DNA of 64,000 nt, taken from the NCBI RefSeq assembly GCF_009914755.1, contig NC_060936.1; one strand, written 5' to 3'. The stretch is from the human T2T-CHM13v2.0 reference genome, Homo sapiens. The notes below the pieces were generated by a model. The model saw only the letters and a list, made by a program, of their open reading frames with translations, was not told the origin of the DNA and searched no databases. Position numbers and translations under genes: made by a program. The first letter of the stretch is position 1. Each line of letters starts with the position of its first letter. Of this stretch, positions 42,540-59,143 are shown piece by piece.

Positions 42540-42837
42540 GACTGGATGTGGTAGCTCACATCTGTAATTCAGTGCTTTGGGAGGATCGCTTGAGGCCAGG
42601 AGTTTGAGACCAGCATGGACAACATAGGGAAATCCTGTCTATATAAAAAAAAATTTTTTTTTATTAGCCAGGTGTGGTGGCACATGCCTGTAGTGCTAGC
42701 TACATAGGAGACCTAGGCAAGAGGATCGCTTGATCCCAGGAGCTAAAGACTGCAGTGAAACATGATGGTGCCACTGCACTCCAGCCTGGGTGACAGAGCA
42801 AGACTCTGTCTTTAAAATAAAATTGAAAAAAAAAAAA
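42540..42837 (+). mobile_element. AluJ
   Basis: gaggatcgcttgaggccaggagtttgagacc; diverged, small left-arm deletion. Confidence 0.88.
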
Positions 42838-44287
42838 TTTAAAGAGGTGGTATTTCTCAGCATTTGTTTCATAGAATGGTAACAGGTGTCACATACAAGA
42901 GGAAAAAAAGGTGCATGACAGATTAACTCTATGAAATGTGGCTCTAGGATATCACAGAATAAGCAGTTCTGCTTTCTCTTATACATGAAAGCTCAAACAG
43001 AAAGGCAGCTATTCTCTCTTCACAAGGCTTCAGCGCATTCTCATATTCCTAAAGCATTCATCACACGGTACAGTGTCTAGAGCCCCTCTAAATCTACCTG
43101 ATTTCCCCTCAACTCTCCCTAGTCTTATCAATAATGTTGCTCCTTTTTGTTTTTAATTTAGGGTTTGTTTTTTTGTTTATTGGTAACTAACCTCTTTCAG
43201 TTACTGCACTCAGAAACAGAAACAAAGCTCCAGATGTGATCTGATCAAAATACAAGAGACAGACTACATGGAATTATGATCTCTCTTGCATCACCATTTC
43301 TAGCCTTTTTTCTTTCACAGAGTCATAAGTATACCTACATACTGTGATTTAAGTAATTTATGAAAACATCGAATAAACATGGTCAGATATAAAACACCAT
43401 GCTTTGTCTTTAAAGAATTCCCTCCAGGTTGATATCCAGCAATTCATGAACAAACATGCTTTCCTTGTATGGCTGCTCCCCAACTATAAATTCACCTAAG
43501 TTTTTAATTGTCTAACTCACATTTCTCCATCTTGCCCACACACACACACACACAAAGAAAAGTTACCAAGTGATTTGAAAATGTAGATACACCTGTTAGT
43601 CTAGTAACTCTATCAAAAGAAGGAATCAGATTAGTTTTCTATAATTTTTAATTGTAGATGCATATTACATGCCCCATATACCATTTATTAAGAATTTTAT
43701 TCTTTTTCCTTTTCATATTTTATATTTTGGGCCTCTAAGTCCTGCCTTTTCTTTCCTCAGTGCTAACTAATAAAATAAGTGATCGATCTTAAAATATATA
43801 GAAACATTGTTTTTGCTGCTCATAAAAGGAAATTCTGCAAAATATGTAGGAGAAAATGTTTTCTCTTCTCCTATAGCTCCAAAAAGAAAGCAGCTAAAAT
43901 TCCAATCACAAAACTATCCTTGTAAATGTTATTCTGAATGAAGAAGTCTTATAAAACTCATGCATTTCAAAAATTGTTGTATCTTGTGAAAGTAATCTTT
44001 AACTTCCAAAAATCTGAATTAGAAATGGATGACTTACTAATTAGTGTGCTTTCCAATATTTAATTGGACATGTTTTCTGGGAGGTGTCAAGAAATGATAA
44101 CGATTTTTTATTATTTATCAAAAGGGGATCATTGACATATCTCTTCTCCCCCACATGAGGTAAAATAAAACTTATAATGCTACTAGATTTCTTTTCACAC
44201 AGTTTGAGTCTGTATCTCAATTAAATTACCATTCTTAGTAACATATGCTGCCTCCTAGTGATCATTTTCTTATCATTTCTTTCCTAT

Positions 44288-44320
44288 TAGGTTGGAGCAC
44301 AAGTAATTGCAGTTTTTGCA
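44288..44320. mobile_element. MADE1-like mariner fragment
   Basis: ttaggttggagcacaagtaattgcagtttttgca resembles one MADE1/Hsmar1 TIR. Confidence 0.55.
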
Positions 44321-44559
44321 TATTCATCCATTTAATGAAAAAGTGAAGCCGACATCTGATGTTCTGGCTTATGCAATCTTTACTCCCTCTTTTCAAGTAG
44401 CGGCACTCTCATTTTCCAGGGGACCTCTCCCAGGTGTCAGATGTGGATTAGGGTCCCAGGAAGGAGCCCCAGGAATGCAGGTTTAGTCAATCACATACTG
44501 CAGTTCACACTTTCTGGTTTGGTTCTGTACATATGATCCAGGCCAGGCCATTCCTAGCC

Positions 44560-44905
44560 ACTGAGACTCAATTACACAGCTTTTGTTGACACTGTTGGGA
44601 AAGAAAAATCATTTTTCTGCAGAGAAGCAAGTCTAGAGTGGTGAGAAATAAGCCTAGAGTCGTTAATAATAATCTTGCCACCAAAGGTGTAAGCTAGACT
44701 GGGAATGGATCTAACAGAGAAAAGCAGAGCTGAATGATGAAAAAAAGGAGATCGTTTAGGACACTTAAGTCCCAAATACAGCTGCGCCTGAATCAATCAT
44801 GGGCTTTCAGTTATGAGGACCAATAAATTCCCATGTTTCTTTAAATTACTGTGGGTTTGAGGTGGGTTTCTATTACTTAAAACCAAAAAACCTTAATTAA
44901 TACAT
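44560..44905 (+). mobile_element. Old MaLR LTR (MLT1-type) 3' part
   Basis: ccaataaattccc...ggtttctattacttaaaaccaaaaaaccttaattaataca terminus; left boundary uncertain. Confidence 0.55.
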
Positions 44906-45402
44906 CAAGAATTCTGACATTAATTTAGATAAAGTTTGCTTTATGTAGAGTTCAGAGTCTGTTTTACCTCTATTTTTGAAAAACCGGACCATGTTCTAGT
45001 TCTCACTACAGACTACTTCTCTATACTCCATGATTTTTCTAGTAGAGACCCAACAGGGCTAGGAGTTAGGCAGCCGGGTCTTTTTAATTCCACTACTTGT
45101 GTGACTCTGAATCTGTCTACTCTCCAATCTGGGACCCAATTTTCATTTCTATAAAATGGGAATTAAAAAAGAGTGTCTCTAAAATCCTTTTGTTCTCTAA
45201 AATTCAATGATTTTACTGTTACATACGAAAGTGTTACTCAAATTTTCACTAATTTTTAAAATTTATGAGACTGACTTATGATAAAGTTGGAGAATAATAA
45301 TTTGTTCTTTTTGCATTACAGCACTATCAAATGAATTTCCTTGCATGATTTATGGAACCCAGTTTCATTAGTTCAAACTCACAGAGATAAAAACAACTGG
45401 AT

Positions 45403-45799
<397 letters not shown>

Positions 45800-46146
45800 T
45801 CACTAATATAAATGTCTCTAAGACATTGTTAAGAGGAAATTATGAATCATATTTAGATAAAATCACATTTCTATAAAAGAAATACACACATTACATTGTT
45901 CCATATACCATTATAAAAATCATATTCCTTCTCCTCTCCATATTTTAAGTTTTGAGTCTCTAAGTCCTACCTTTTCTTTTCTCGGTGTTAACTAATAGAA
46001 TAAAAATAGATTTTCAATGGATATTTATGTGAAAACATACAGAAAGGTCTAGAAAGACACATAACAAACAACAGAGGTTGAGTCTCTGGAGGAAGCACAG
46101 GGAATCACATTAGGATGCTAGCAGGGATGGCAGCCTCATCTGTAAT

Positions 46147-46442
46147 GTTTTTATTTTTGTTTTTAGGCACAGTCTCGTTCTGTTACCCTGCCTGGAGCGC
46201 CGTGGCACGATCTCGGCTCACTGTGACCTCCACCTCCCAGGTTCAAGAGATTCTCCTGCCTCAGCCTCCTGAGTAGCTGGGATTACAGGCGTGCACTACC
46301 ACACCTGGCTAATTTTTGTATTTTAGTAGAGATGGGGCTTCACCATGTTGGTCAGGCTGGTCTCAAACTCCTGACCTCGTGATCCGCCCACCTCAGCTTC
46401 CCAAAGTGCTGGGATTACAGGTGTGAGCCACCACGCCTGGCC
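46147..46442 (-). mobile_element. AluS
   Basis: Antisense full dimer. Confidence 0.9.
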
Positions 46443-46748
46443 TTGATTTTTATTTTTATGGGCTGTTTTGTGCATTATTTGTGTAATCTTTTTTAAAATG
46501 GGTTTTTTAAAGGAAGCTTTACTACCTATATATCTTTCACTCCATACCACTATTTTTATCTTTCCATTTACCAACATGTGTTAAGCCTAAACTGACAGCA
46601 GACTTGAAGCAGGAGATGAGTAAATATAAGTACAAATAGATAAATAAATTACATGTATGTTTAAAGTGTTTCTATAATCAGGGCTTTTGAAAATTCATGT
46701 TCTGGTATAGTAACTACTCTTGGAAAACTCTGATGGAATGATACTTAC

Positions 46749-47029
46749 TTTACTATTTGGGAAATTCTCGTCATCAATGTCTTCATCCAAACAGACCAAA
46801 TCACCCTGCACTACTCTTGCTCCATAGGTTTCAAGTCTGTAAGATACTGCCTCATTCCAAATTTTGCTGGTATATGCGTGAACATAGAATATGCGCATGG
46901 AATGGGGTAAAGAGAACCATGCCTGGATACAACCTTCCTCGGTCATGCCAAAGCGGTGCAATGCCTCCAACAATGCTCTCTCACGCACTTTGAATTCAGG
47001 CATCAATGAAAGTGTGCCTTTAGCATCCT
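46749..47029 (-). CDS. PUS7L: PUS7L coding exon (281 nt)
   Basis: tttcag|AG acceptor, AAA|gtaagt donor; EDAKGTLSLMPEFKVRERALLEAL...RIFYVHAYTSKIWNEAVSYRL...GDLV...FPNSK. Confidence 0.96.
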
Positions 47030-48677
47030 CTGAAACAAAGGGTAAATCAGGTATAGTTAGCCACTTTTATTTAAAGGCCAGTTATAAAGGCTTTTGTTCT
47101 AATCTCAAACTGAGGCAATGAACATGGGTATTAAGATGATATTCAACACTTTCAGTTAAACCTAGCTACACTTGAAGAGCTTTAAAAAAAATAATAAGCA
47201 TAATATGGCCCTACTTTCACTTTCCCTGCTATTAAAAAAAAAAAAAGCCAAGAATCCAACATTAGTAACAGCTTACTAAAGTCCCTTACTTCAGAATAGA
47301 GATAATCTAATGAAGTTATTCACAGGACTGTTAAAACAAAATCAAACAAACAAACAAAAAACCTAAAGGATTAAATAATTTAATTGCTGAGCTAGCAGAG
47401 GCTTGAGTTTTTTAAAGAGCTATTCTGGACATAAACACAGAATTTTTTTACTAAGAAAGGGTTGAGATCTGGAGCCTTCAGGCACACTATTATGCCTCAC
47501 AAATGCACTTTGAAATGTAGATGACTGGAATCTACCACAAAGATGCTTATTCACGTATGGCCTTGGAATTGGCATTGAAATAGATGTACCAGGTGTTTCT
47601 TATGCATATGAATGTTTAAGAATCATTGCCATAAGGAAATTATCATCTCGGGACTCTATAACAGACATAAACAAGTCACTTTGAATTTTCCTTATTATTA
47701 CTTAAATTACTCATAAGAGTTAGAAGTGTCCACACTGTTTACACATTGTGGTATGGCACAAAAATACTACTTTCCTGCGAATAGCTGCACATATGTAATA
47801 TGTACATAATTAAAAATAATAAATAAATATTTGAAAACTGACATCCTTTATTTCAATATAAGTGAAATTCAGTATGTCGGTCAGATATCTGAATGAATCT
47901 GAAATGGTGTGCTTGCTGTTTTTATTATTTAAATAAAGGTAATATTTATAATATTATAAATAATATTATTTAAATAAAGGTAATATTTATCTCTGTGTAG
48001 TACACGCAAGGCATTATTCCAAGGGCATATCTAAATCTCATAATACTCTTTTAGGTACTGTGATTTGCTTCAATTTACAGATAAGGAAACTAACACAATG
48101 ATGTCAAATCACTTGCACAAAATCATACAGTTGGGAAGTATTAAAGTTGAGAGTTAACCCCATGCAGTCTGACTCAAGCCATACTCATAACCACTTTTCC
48201 TTAGTGGTTTTCATCAAGCATTCTATATGTATTCCATCATACTGACCTAACGTTTTAAAAACTGACAGGGCTAATTGGCAGCTAGAATGAGAATAATGTG
48301 TAAAGTTTGGAATATCATAAATGAACTTTTATTTATTTGTGTTTGTATCTCCCCCAGCTGCAATTAATTATTGTCATCAGTGCCAGATTCGAATTTGGAA
48401 CTCTCTCTCAGAGGATTTCAGCCAAGAAAAACTAAGAAACTATTTCTCCCATTGCCCCTACCCCTAGACAAGACTTAGCATAGACAAAAAAACTTCCAAA
48501 TCTGACCAAAAACGAAGTGAGTGCCTAAGTCATGTAATAAAAGTGTTCAGTATGTAATATACTATAATTTATTTCTTATCACATTTATGTTACAATAAAT
48601 GCTCTCCTGCTGATAAAACATTTATAGTGTGTATCTGTATCTGCATGGTTATGTACAGGATAAAGAAACGTAAATAC

Positions 48678-48759
48678 CAGTTTGAAGAAAATACTTCTTT
48701 GCTCTATTTACAGGATCATCCAAGTCTTCTGGTGTAAGAAACAATTTTATGGCTTTCAT
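48678..48759 (-). CDS. PUS7L: PUS7L coding exon (82 nt)
   Basis: ttttaag|ATG acceptor, G|gtattt donor; MKAIKLFLTPEDLDDPVNRAKKYFLQT; too short for the ORF track; phase 0 in, phase 1 out fits both neighbours. Confidence 0.92.
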
Positions 48760-49129
48760 CTTAAAAAATCAAGCAGGTAAACATGTGTTAATGAAAATGT
48801 CAAATTACTTTCTTAAAAAAAAGATGCAAATTCTCTAGCATCCTAAAAGAATAGGGATTTAATAATTATACTTGATGCTGCAATTTTCTCTTTAGGCTTG
48901 CAAAAATTAAACAGACAATGTTAAATGTAGAAATAAGCCTTCTGCATGAAATAATTTTATATATAGGTTTAAAATATTATGGACTGAAAAAAGTATTTCC
49001 CTATCACTTCCATAATTCTACTTTTGTCATTTTTTTTAAATATTAAAGTTAAAATGTATTGACATTCTTAGTAAGGTGTAAGAATTCTGAAAAGCTTAGG
49101 CTAAATGTATTAAACCCTTATTTTTAAAC

Positions 49130-50255
<1,126 letters not shown>

Positions 50256-50990
50256 AATTGACAGACAACCTAGAGTTCTGTCATCCTTTATCTCTATTAT
50301 TGAGCCAAGAACACAAGGGTAAAATAATGGCATACATTTCAGACTGGACCAACACACATGACAAAAATAGGAAAGTAGCAAGCAGAGAGGAATGGCAAGC
50401 CCTTAATTTCATTTGTGCCCTCAATTTCCTAAATTCTTTGGACTTAAAAATAATTGCCAAAATCTTAATGAAAAAGTTGCCAAATTTAATATTTTAAATC
50501 CTAAATGATTAAAAGATGTTCCTTTTTTAAAAAATAGTATCTACTAGTTTATGTATTTTATCACTGTCTTTAGCACTGGGATTTATTTCTAAAGCACGTG
50601 TCTTAGAGTAGGAAAGGATCTTAAATAGGTCATTTGACCCAATTTCCCACTCAATTTTCTTTTACAGCATTCATTTATTCAAACAAATATTATTAGGTAT
50701 CTGCCACATGCTAGGTACTGCATAGGGTATTAGGGACAGAGCATTGAGTAAAAGAGTCATGGTCTCTGTTCAACTAAAACTTTCTGCCTACTGACAAAAT
50801 TAAATAAGCAATAACAATAAAATATAATAAAACTTAAGATGGGAAGCCCAAGATGATTCAGGATCACAAAATAAGAGGAATTCACTTTTTCTTGGGGAGT
50901 AGAATGAGAATATTTAAACTGAGACCTAAAGAATATACAGGTTGGGGAGGGGGTGCTTCAGGCAAAGGAAAGAAGATATAGCTTTTTAGC

Positions 50991-51490
50991 TGCAGGAACC
51001 AGCCTCTAAGATGGCCCCCAATGCTCTCCATCACTTGGTCTTCACACATGGAGTAGTCCTCTCCCACACTTATCAGGGTTGGTCTCTGTGGCCAGAAGAC
51101 AGAAGAAGTGAAAGTATGCCACTTCTGAGACTAGGTTATAAAAGACACTGTGGTATCTGTTGTCTCTCTCTCTCTCCTTTGCATCCTTGGACTTATCTCT
51201 CTAGGAGAAGCCATGCCACAAATAGTTTTAAGCAAGAAAATAAAGTCTCCTGCCAACAACCACGAGCATGAGCTTGGAAGCAGATCCTCCATCCTGGTCA
51301 AGTCTTCAGAGACTACACATCCCGGCCAATTGTGTGACTGCAGCCTCACAAGAAACCCTGATCCAGAGCCACTCAGCTAAGCTGCTCCCAAATTCCTGAC
51401 TCTCAGAAACTGAGATAATAAATGCTTGTTGTCTTCAACCACCACGTTTTGGGGTAATTTGTTACACAGCAATAATTGATTATTACTACT
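50991..51490 (+). mobile_element. MLT1 (E/F-like) MaLR solo LTR
   Basis: tgcaggaaccagcctctaagatggccccc start; AATAAA 51417-51422; ggggtaatttgttacacagcaata end. Confidence 0.8.
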
Positions 51491-52827
51491 AAAGCAAAAT
51501 TTTTTAAAAATTCAAGAGCATGTAATATGAGGTTTGAAAGAGGTAGAGGGGTAGCCATCCAGCTTTTGCTTAAATGTTATGAGAAATAGGACATTCCAGT
51601 TATTTGAACAATTGTTAAGAAAAAGTCTTTCTTATGCTGGACTACAAGTCCCTTAAATATCTAGCCCATTCCATCTATGGACACTTGTCTGGCACTGTAC
51701 TAGCTGCCTTCACAAAAGTTCTTTCATTTGATTCTCAGAAAAATCTTGTGACATACATGCTATCTCCATTTTACAGATAAGGAAACCGAGGCTTGGAAAA
51801 GTTAAGCAACTTGGAAAAGTTAAGTACCTATAGTAACACATGTGACAAATGGCAGAACTCAAGTAGAACATCTGCTGCATCCAACAGGCCCCAAACTATT
51901 AAGTTCTTCTTCTGTATGACAAAATTTTAAACATTTTACAAGTTAATTTTCAGAGTTTTCTAGACTGAAGAACCACTGCTGAGGTAAACATTTCTAGACT
52001 CTTTATTATATCAGTTATATTCCAGTTGCTAAAATCTCCTTTGAAATGTGAAACCCAGAACTAATTATAGATTTGCAGATGTGGTCTAAATCATCAGCTC
52101 TGAACATTATTTGATATGTAAGATGATGTTCAATGCACTACGCTTCTCACAAAATCTTTTACTGTTTCTTTCTCTTCCACTCAAGAAATCATATTAGAAC
52201 ACAGGTGAGTGAACAAGATACTATCATAAGAATAATCTTGCATTTGTTCAAATATATAATTTTTATAGTTTTATAGTTTTCCTCCATTATGTGCACTCCA
52301 TTTTAGTGTAAAAATATGTAATTACATATAAAAAATATAAATTAAAAGCAGATATACACACATACGCTTTTAATATTTCAGCAAATGCAGCTTCTTAGTT
52401 GTAACATGAATTTTTAGCTTCATTTTGAACTAGTCAGATTTTGTTTTCAAATTTACTGCTCCCCTTTTAGTCTCTGGACTTATGTGGATTCCTATCTTTT
52501 ATATGATCTGATATCTGATTTCTGGGATTGTAGGATCAAAATTTCCTCTAAATCTTCTATTCAGTTCACTAAAATTGGAAAGTGATGGTCATTTCTGTGT
52601 CAAATCTCAAATATGTACTAACCACAAGGACACTCACACTGTTGGCTTTCTCGTAATGTGATATCAAGGACAGAGCAGCAGCTTACTAAATGTTCAGTAA
52701 TGTAATATATTTGGTATGTGAGTGTTTACATGCATTTATATGCTAGAGTTAAGAAAGCAAGGAGCTGGGTTATGTAGTAAGTATAATTGACAGAAACAGA
52801 TAAGATTACATTTTTCAAAATCCATAC

Positions 52828-52926
52828 CATTTCATTCTTCAGCAAAGCTAGTCCAATTTGGTCTGTGTGAACTTTCCTTCCCTTCCCAAATCTCTGTGGT
52901 CCATAGTAATTCACAAAGCCTTTTTT
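52828..52926 (-). CDS. PUS7L: PUS7L coding exon (99 nt)
   Basis: catag|AAA acceptor, ATG|gtatgg donor; KKGFVNYYGPQRFGKGRKVHTDQIGLALLKNEM (TruD GFxNYxGxQRFG motif). Confidence 0.96.
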
Positions 52927-53852
52927 CTATGTATACAAAATAATCAACAAATTAAGAGTATATAAATACAATTATGTGTCAAAATACACAATTGAATTTT
53001 TCTCTTCATAATTATTTTAACAGAATAACTCTGTAATCAGCAGTATACACATAGGGACCAAATGGTCTGAAAAATGCTGTAAATTAAAGAAAAGGAAAGA
53101 AAACACAGAATTAGAAGTTAGAACATAAAACCAATGAAGAAAACTTTAAAAATACGTCAGCTTTCCATTCATGTTACTGAGGGATTTCCTGGGATGTGAG
53201 ATTTTCAGTGTTAAAGCCAGAAAAGTTCTGGGCTTCCAAAATGAGTTGATCACCTAGTACCAAGATCTGATCCCTACTCTGATGCTCTTTCTTATTTTGA
53301 GACTCTTCGGCCGTCTGGAGATGTCGGGAGTCAAGAACAGGCTCACTTTCAAACCCCACATATCCTGGCTCTTTTCTACATAACGTTCGTTCTTTAGTTC
53401 ATCTCAGTTTCTTAAAGGCTGACCTGAGACAATGGAGCCACTTCAGCAGTACTCTACCGGTCCAGCTATTCCAGCACCTGGAACAGTCTGTATTCCAGGG
53501 GAAGAATACAGACTTCACTTCCTGCTGGAGGTGAACCATACAGGCCATGTTTTAAAACTGTCACATTACTCAGAAGAAATGGAAAACTGTAACATACTAC
53601 CGCAACCATTAAAGAAATTGGTCAGTCATTAAACATGTGCTCACAAAGAAAACACCAGGCCCAGACAGTTTCTTGAAAGACAAGAGTCCTCCACACTTAC
53701 TTTATGAGGAGAGTATGCATTTATTCAGTCAACAATTATTATTGAATACCAACTCAAGAACTTTTTAATAAAAGATGCGGAGCCAATTTGTTATCAGCAT
53801 GGTACAAAAGCAATTGCATCTTTATCTCATGTCATTTAAAAAATTAATTGCA

Positions 53853-54184
<332 letters not shown>

Positions 54185-54600
54185 TCATAAATATTTTTAG
54201 TTATTTCAAATTTGAAAAAATAACATAAGATGACGTCCTAGAGTAACCAGAAGAGTTTTAAATTAACCCTTCAAAGTACTTAGATATAACAAAAGGTTTA
54301 TAACAGAGATATAACCCCTTGAAACAAAACTTCAAAGACTCCTTATTTTCAGGGTTTCTCAATTCCTTTCTCACATCATAAGAACTAATGGAAGTTGGCT
54401 AAAACTAAGATTGTTTCTAATGGGAATTTTGTAATAGGCAGCTGTATGTTCATAAATAACAAATGAAAGACAGGGAATAAATGCTACCAGAGTTCAAAGA
54501 AACTTCTACCTTTTTAAAGTATATCATTTTAGTAACAGTTTTTGAGGAAAAAAAAGTAGAATTTTAGGTGGGTCAAGGAAAACGAAGGTAAAACAACATA

Positions 54601-54975
54601 TGATATGGTTTGGCTGTGTCCTCACCAAATTTCATCTTGAATTGTAATCCCCACAATTCCCACATGTCATGGGAAGGACCCGGTGGGAAGTAATTGAATT
54701 ATGGGGTCGGTTTTACCCCATGCTGTTCTCATGAGAGTGAGTTCTCACGATAGTGAGTTCTCACGAGATCTGATGGTTTTACAAGTGTCTGGCATTTCCC
54801 CTGCTGGCATTCATTCTCTCTCCTGTCACCCTGTGAAGAGGTGCCTTCTGCCATGATTGTAAGTTTCCTGAGGCCTCCCCACCTATACGGAACTGTGAGT
54901 TAATTAAAGCACTTTTCTTCATAAATTGCCCAGTCTCGGGTATTTCTTCATAGCAGCATGAGAATGGACTAACAA
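54601..54975 (-). mobile_element. THE1 solo LTR
   Basis: tgatatggtttggctgtgtcc...gagaatggactaaca; flanked by acata on both sides; strand assignment tentative. Confidence 0.85.
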
Positions 54976-55329
54976 AACATATAAAGAGTATATAATCAGA
55001 TAACTTCCATATACAGATGAAAGTGCTGGATTTAAAAGATCTTTAGTTGGAAGATATTTTCCTAACTACAAGGCAGATTAATAACCAGTTTTTGTTTGTT
55101 TTCCTGCTGGACAGGTATAAAATTGTGTAAAAAGGTCTTTGTGGTGAGAAACTTGAATCAGTGTTTCTCGGTATTGGCTCTAAAGTACATTCACCTAAGA
55201 AGTTTTTCAAAAATAAGTACTAATGCCTAACCTGCATCCCCAAATGTTCTTTTTTAATTGGTTCAGGAGTAGATATCAATGGGTGAAATTTTTTGAAAGC
55301 TCCTCAGGTTGAGAACTACTCATCTAGAT

Positions 55330-55545
55330 CAGGGGTTAGCAAACTACTATAGCCCACAAATGAAACCTGGTCCAACACCTGTTTTTGTAAATAAAGTTTT
55401 ATTGGAACACAGCCATGTTCATTCACTTATATATTGTCTGTGGCTGCTTCCATACAATGGCAGTAGATTAGTTGCAAGAGGAACCATATGTCTAAAAGGT
55501 CAAAAATATTTATTATCTGGCCCTTTACAGTATAAAGTTTGCTGA
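55330..55545. mobile_element. MER58A-like hAT MITE
   Basis: caggggttagcaaact...gtaaataaagttttattggaacacagcc...aaagtttgctga. Confidence 0.8.
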
Positions 55546-55668
55546 TGTCTAGATGATCTAAGATGGTCTAGTCTTGAAAACTATAGTTGTATGTGCACAT
55601 TTAAATGTCGGGAAAATGTCATTTAGAAACTTATGCTAAGTAATTTTTTACTGTAAAACATAAAGTTT

Positions 55669-56037
55669 ATGATATGTTTGGCTGTGTCCCCACCCAAATC
55701 TCATCTTGAATTGTAGTTTCCATAATCCCCACTTGTCATGGGAGAGACCCAGTGGGATTGAATCATAGAGGTTGTTACTCCCATGCTATTCTCATGATAG
55801 CGAGTGAGTTCTCACAATATTTGATGGTTTTATAAGGGGCTTTTCCTCCTTTGCCTGGCACTTCTCCTTCCTGCCACCATGGGAAGAAGGATATGTTTGT
55901 TTCCCTTTCCACCATGATTATGAATTTCCTGAGGCATCCCCAGCCATGCTGAACTGTGAGTCAACTAAACCTCTTTCCTTCATAAATCAACCAGTCTCAG
56001 GTATGTCCTTACTAGCAGTGTGAGAATGGACTAATAC
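55669..56037 (-). mobile_element. THE1 solo LTR (second copy, same orientation as 54601)
   Basis: tgatatgtttggctgtgtccccacccaaatctcatcttgaattgtag...gagaatggactaataca; strand assignment tentative. Confidence 0.85.
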
Positions 56038-56140
56038 AGTGTGTGTGATTTATAATGTGTATACATCAAAATTTCCAAACAATAAATTCCCCTAACTAAA
56101 TACTACTCTATATAGCAGATGCTTAAAAAAAATCTCTCTT

Positions 56141-56454
<314 letters not shown>

Positions 56455-56739
56455 TCTCTCTTATGAATGTAGATTGTCCCCTCTTCTCTGGAGGACACCA
56501 TATCCTGCATTTTTAAAATCATGTTTACATATTTTGTTTTGTTTAAATACAAAAATGTATTAAGCTGAAAATAAAATATAAGCCAAATGGCCCTAATTAT
56601 CACTTTAGAAAATAATTAATCACTTTTAAAAATCCCATAAAAAGGTACAAAAGAAAAAGAAGTTTCCCCTCTTGCCTCAGTGTAGAGAAAGAGACTATGA
56701 AGATTTCCCTGGATGCCTTTTAAAATTAAGTTTTCTTAC

Positions 56740-56932
56740 CTTAACATTTTCTATTGCTTCCATAATTCTCTCCCTCAGGTTTGCAGAATCATTTATTTGT
56801 TTTTTTAAATTTCTAATGACAATATCAAAGTGATTTCCTTTGAGCTGACCAAGTCTCAGGGAATCATCTACAGACCGAATATTAAAGACATTCATTCTTT
56901 TCTTTTCAATTTCTTTTTCAATATTTTTCAAC
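56740..56932 (-). CDS. PUS7L: PUS7L coding exon (193 nt)
   Basis: ttacag|G acceptor, AAG|gtaag donor; LKNIEKEIEKKRMNVFNIRSVDDSLRLGQLKGNHFDIVIRNL...IENVK (TruD LGxLxGNxFxI motif); phase matches the previous exon. Confidence 0.96.
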
Positions 56933-58105
56933 CTGTAAGTAATAAATCATATAAACTCAGTTAAATTTTATATTTAAAAATTACTTTAAAATAAGGTTTT
57001 AAGTGGCAGTTGCCAAGCAACCCCTTATATGAGAATACTAATACAATTTTTTAAGAATATTCTAAAGTTAATGTTATTTCACCAAATGTGTGCTTAATAC
57101 CCATTATTATAGGATTGCATTAACAGAACTATTTTAAAAACTTGAACATATATTACTAATGTTATCACTCTTCCAGTGTAGGCCTTCTGACTTCTCCTTA
57201 GGTCGAGTGACAGAAGCTCCTAGCAGTTCTCCTGATCTTCCTGTCCCCAACTCTGCTCCTTTCCTTCTCAGTCTCTTTACCCAACATTACCAAGAAAAAT
57301 CACTAGCACCAGAGGATTTTCCTGAAATTCTGCTCTGACCACTTCCTTACTCAAACTTTCAATTCTTCCCAACACCTAAAGAATTAATATCTTCAATATT
57401 TTTAGAGTAACTTGTATGACCCTATAAGGGCTGATTTAAAATTTCCTTTATAGCCATATTTTCCACAGTCCTTATAGGAATTATATACGTGACAGACTAT
57501 TGAGTTTACTGCCCGCAAATGTATCTCTAGTTTTTTGCGTCTGCTAAAATCTTACTATTACTTGAAGTGTAATTAAAATTCCAGACTCATAAGCTAAATT
57601 AAAGTAATCTCTCTTCCTTAGAGGGGAGCTTTCATCTTAAATACACTTTAACATCTAAAGTTCTTCTTTCTGCACTATCCTGCACTTCTTGACCACAAAA
57701 GCAAAATCAAACACCTTTTTTGTCCCCCATATAAGAGCTTAGAAGCACTCAGAAGAGTCTACTTGCACATAGTGGATACTTAAACATGCGTTAACTAAGA
57801 ATTAATATATCGATATTACGTTAATTAGGCTGAATTTTGACCCAATCATTCACATTTTGAAGTTTATCTTAAGGAAATTATAAGTTACAGATTTAAGTAT
57901 AAGAATATTACTCATGGTATTATTTACAGTGAAAAGCTGGAAAGAATTTCCATTTTCAAAAACAGGGAATGTTAAACAAATTAGTCTATATGATAGACAT
58001 AATTTATTTCATGACATAAATTTTCATCTAACAATATTATTTTATTTTATAAAGTAAAATATAAACTGTATATGCAGTATGATTTTCATATATATAATAA
58101 ATGTT

Positions 58106-58412
58106 GGCTGGGTGCAGTGGCTTATGCCTGTAATCCCAGCACTTTGGGAGGCTGAGGCGGGTGGATCATCTGAAGTCAGGAGTTCGAGACCAGCCTGGCC
58201 AACATGGTGAAACCCCATCTCTACTAAAAATTCAAAAATTAGCCAGGCATGGTGGTGGGCGCCTGTAATCCCAGCTACTCGGGAGACTGAGGCAGGAGAA
58301 TCGCTTGAACTTGGGAGGTAGAGATTGCAGTGAGCCAAGATTGCGTGTTGCACTCCAGCCTGGGCAACAAGGGCAAAAATCCGTCTCAAAAAAATAATAA
58401 ATAATAAAAAAA
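58106..58412 (+). mobile_element. AluS
   Basis: Full dimer with A-rich tail. Confidence 0.92.
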
Positions 58413-58482
58413 AGTTTTTGTGTGATGTAGTCTCTGAAAAAGGTCTAGAGAGAAACAGAGAAAAATGTTATTGCAGTTATTT

Positions 58483-58801
<319 letters not shown>

Positions 58802-59143
58802 TAGTAGGCTTACCGGTAACTTCATTTTTAAAAAACTTTTTTCTATTTTCTATAATAAATATATGTCTTTTACAGTAACAAAAAAATTTGTAAAATTTGA
58901 TTAAGCTGACGGAGGCTAAATTTGAGTACTTTACATTCTATTTCACGAGGATTTTTTTTAAATGTAAGGATCCACGATAATAAAGGCATAATATAATTAA
59001 TTAGGAAAACATGATTTATGAGACACTTTTCTGAATATAAATGCATATTTGAATGCAGTACAGGATGTTTAGAAACCATTTAGACAATTTAAATCTTCCA
59101 CTTCTCAAAGTTTCTATCCTAAAATTTCTTAATATCTTATTAC

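Noticed and set aside
54601-56037. Two same-orientation THE1 LTRs as the ends of one provirus
   Set aside because: The ~700-nt spacer holds older MER5/MER58-like DNA transposons and no THE1 internal sequence; the first LTR has its own acata TSD and the two copies are clearly diverged
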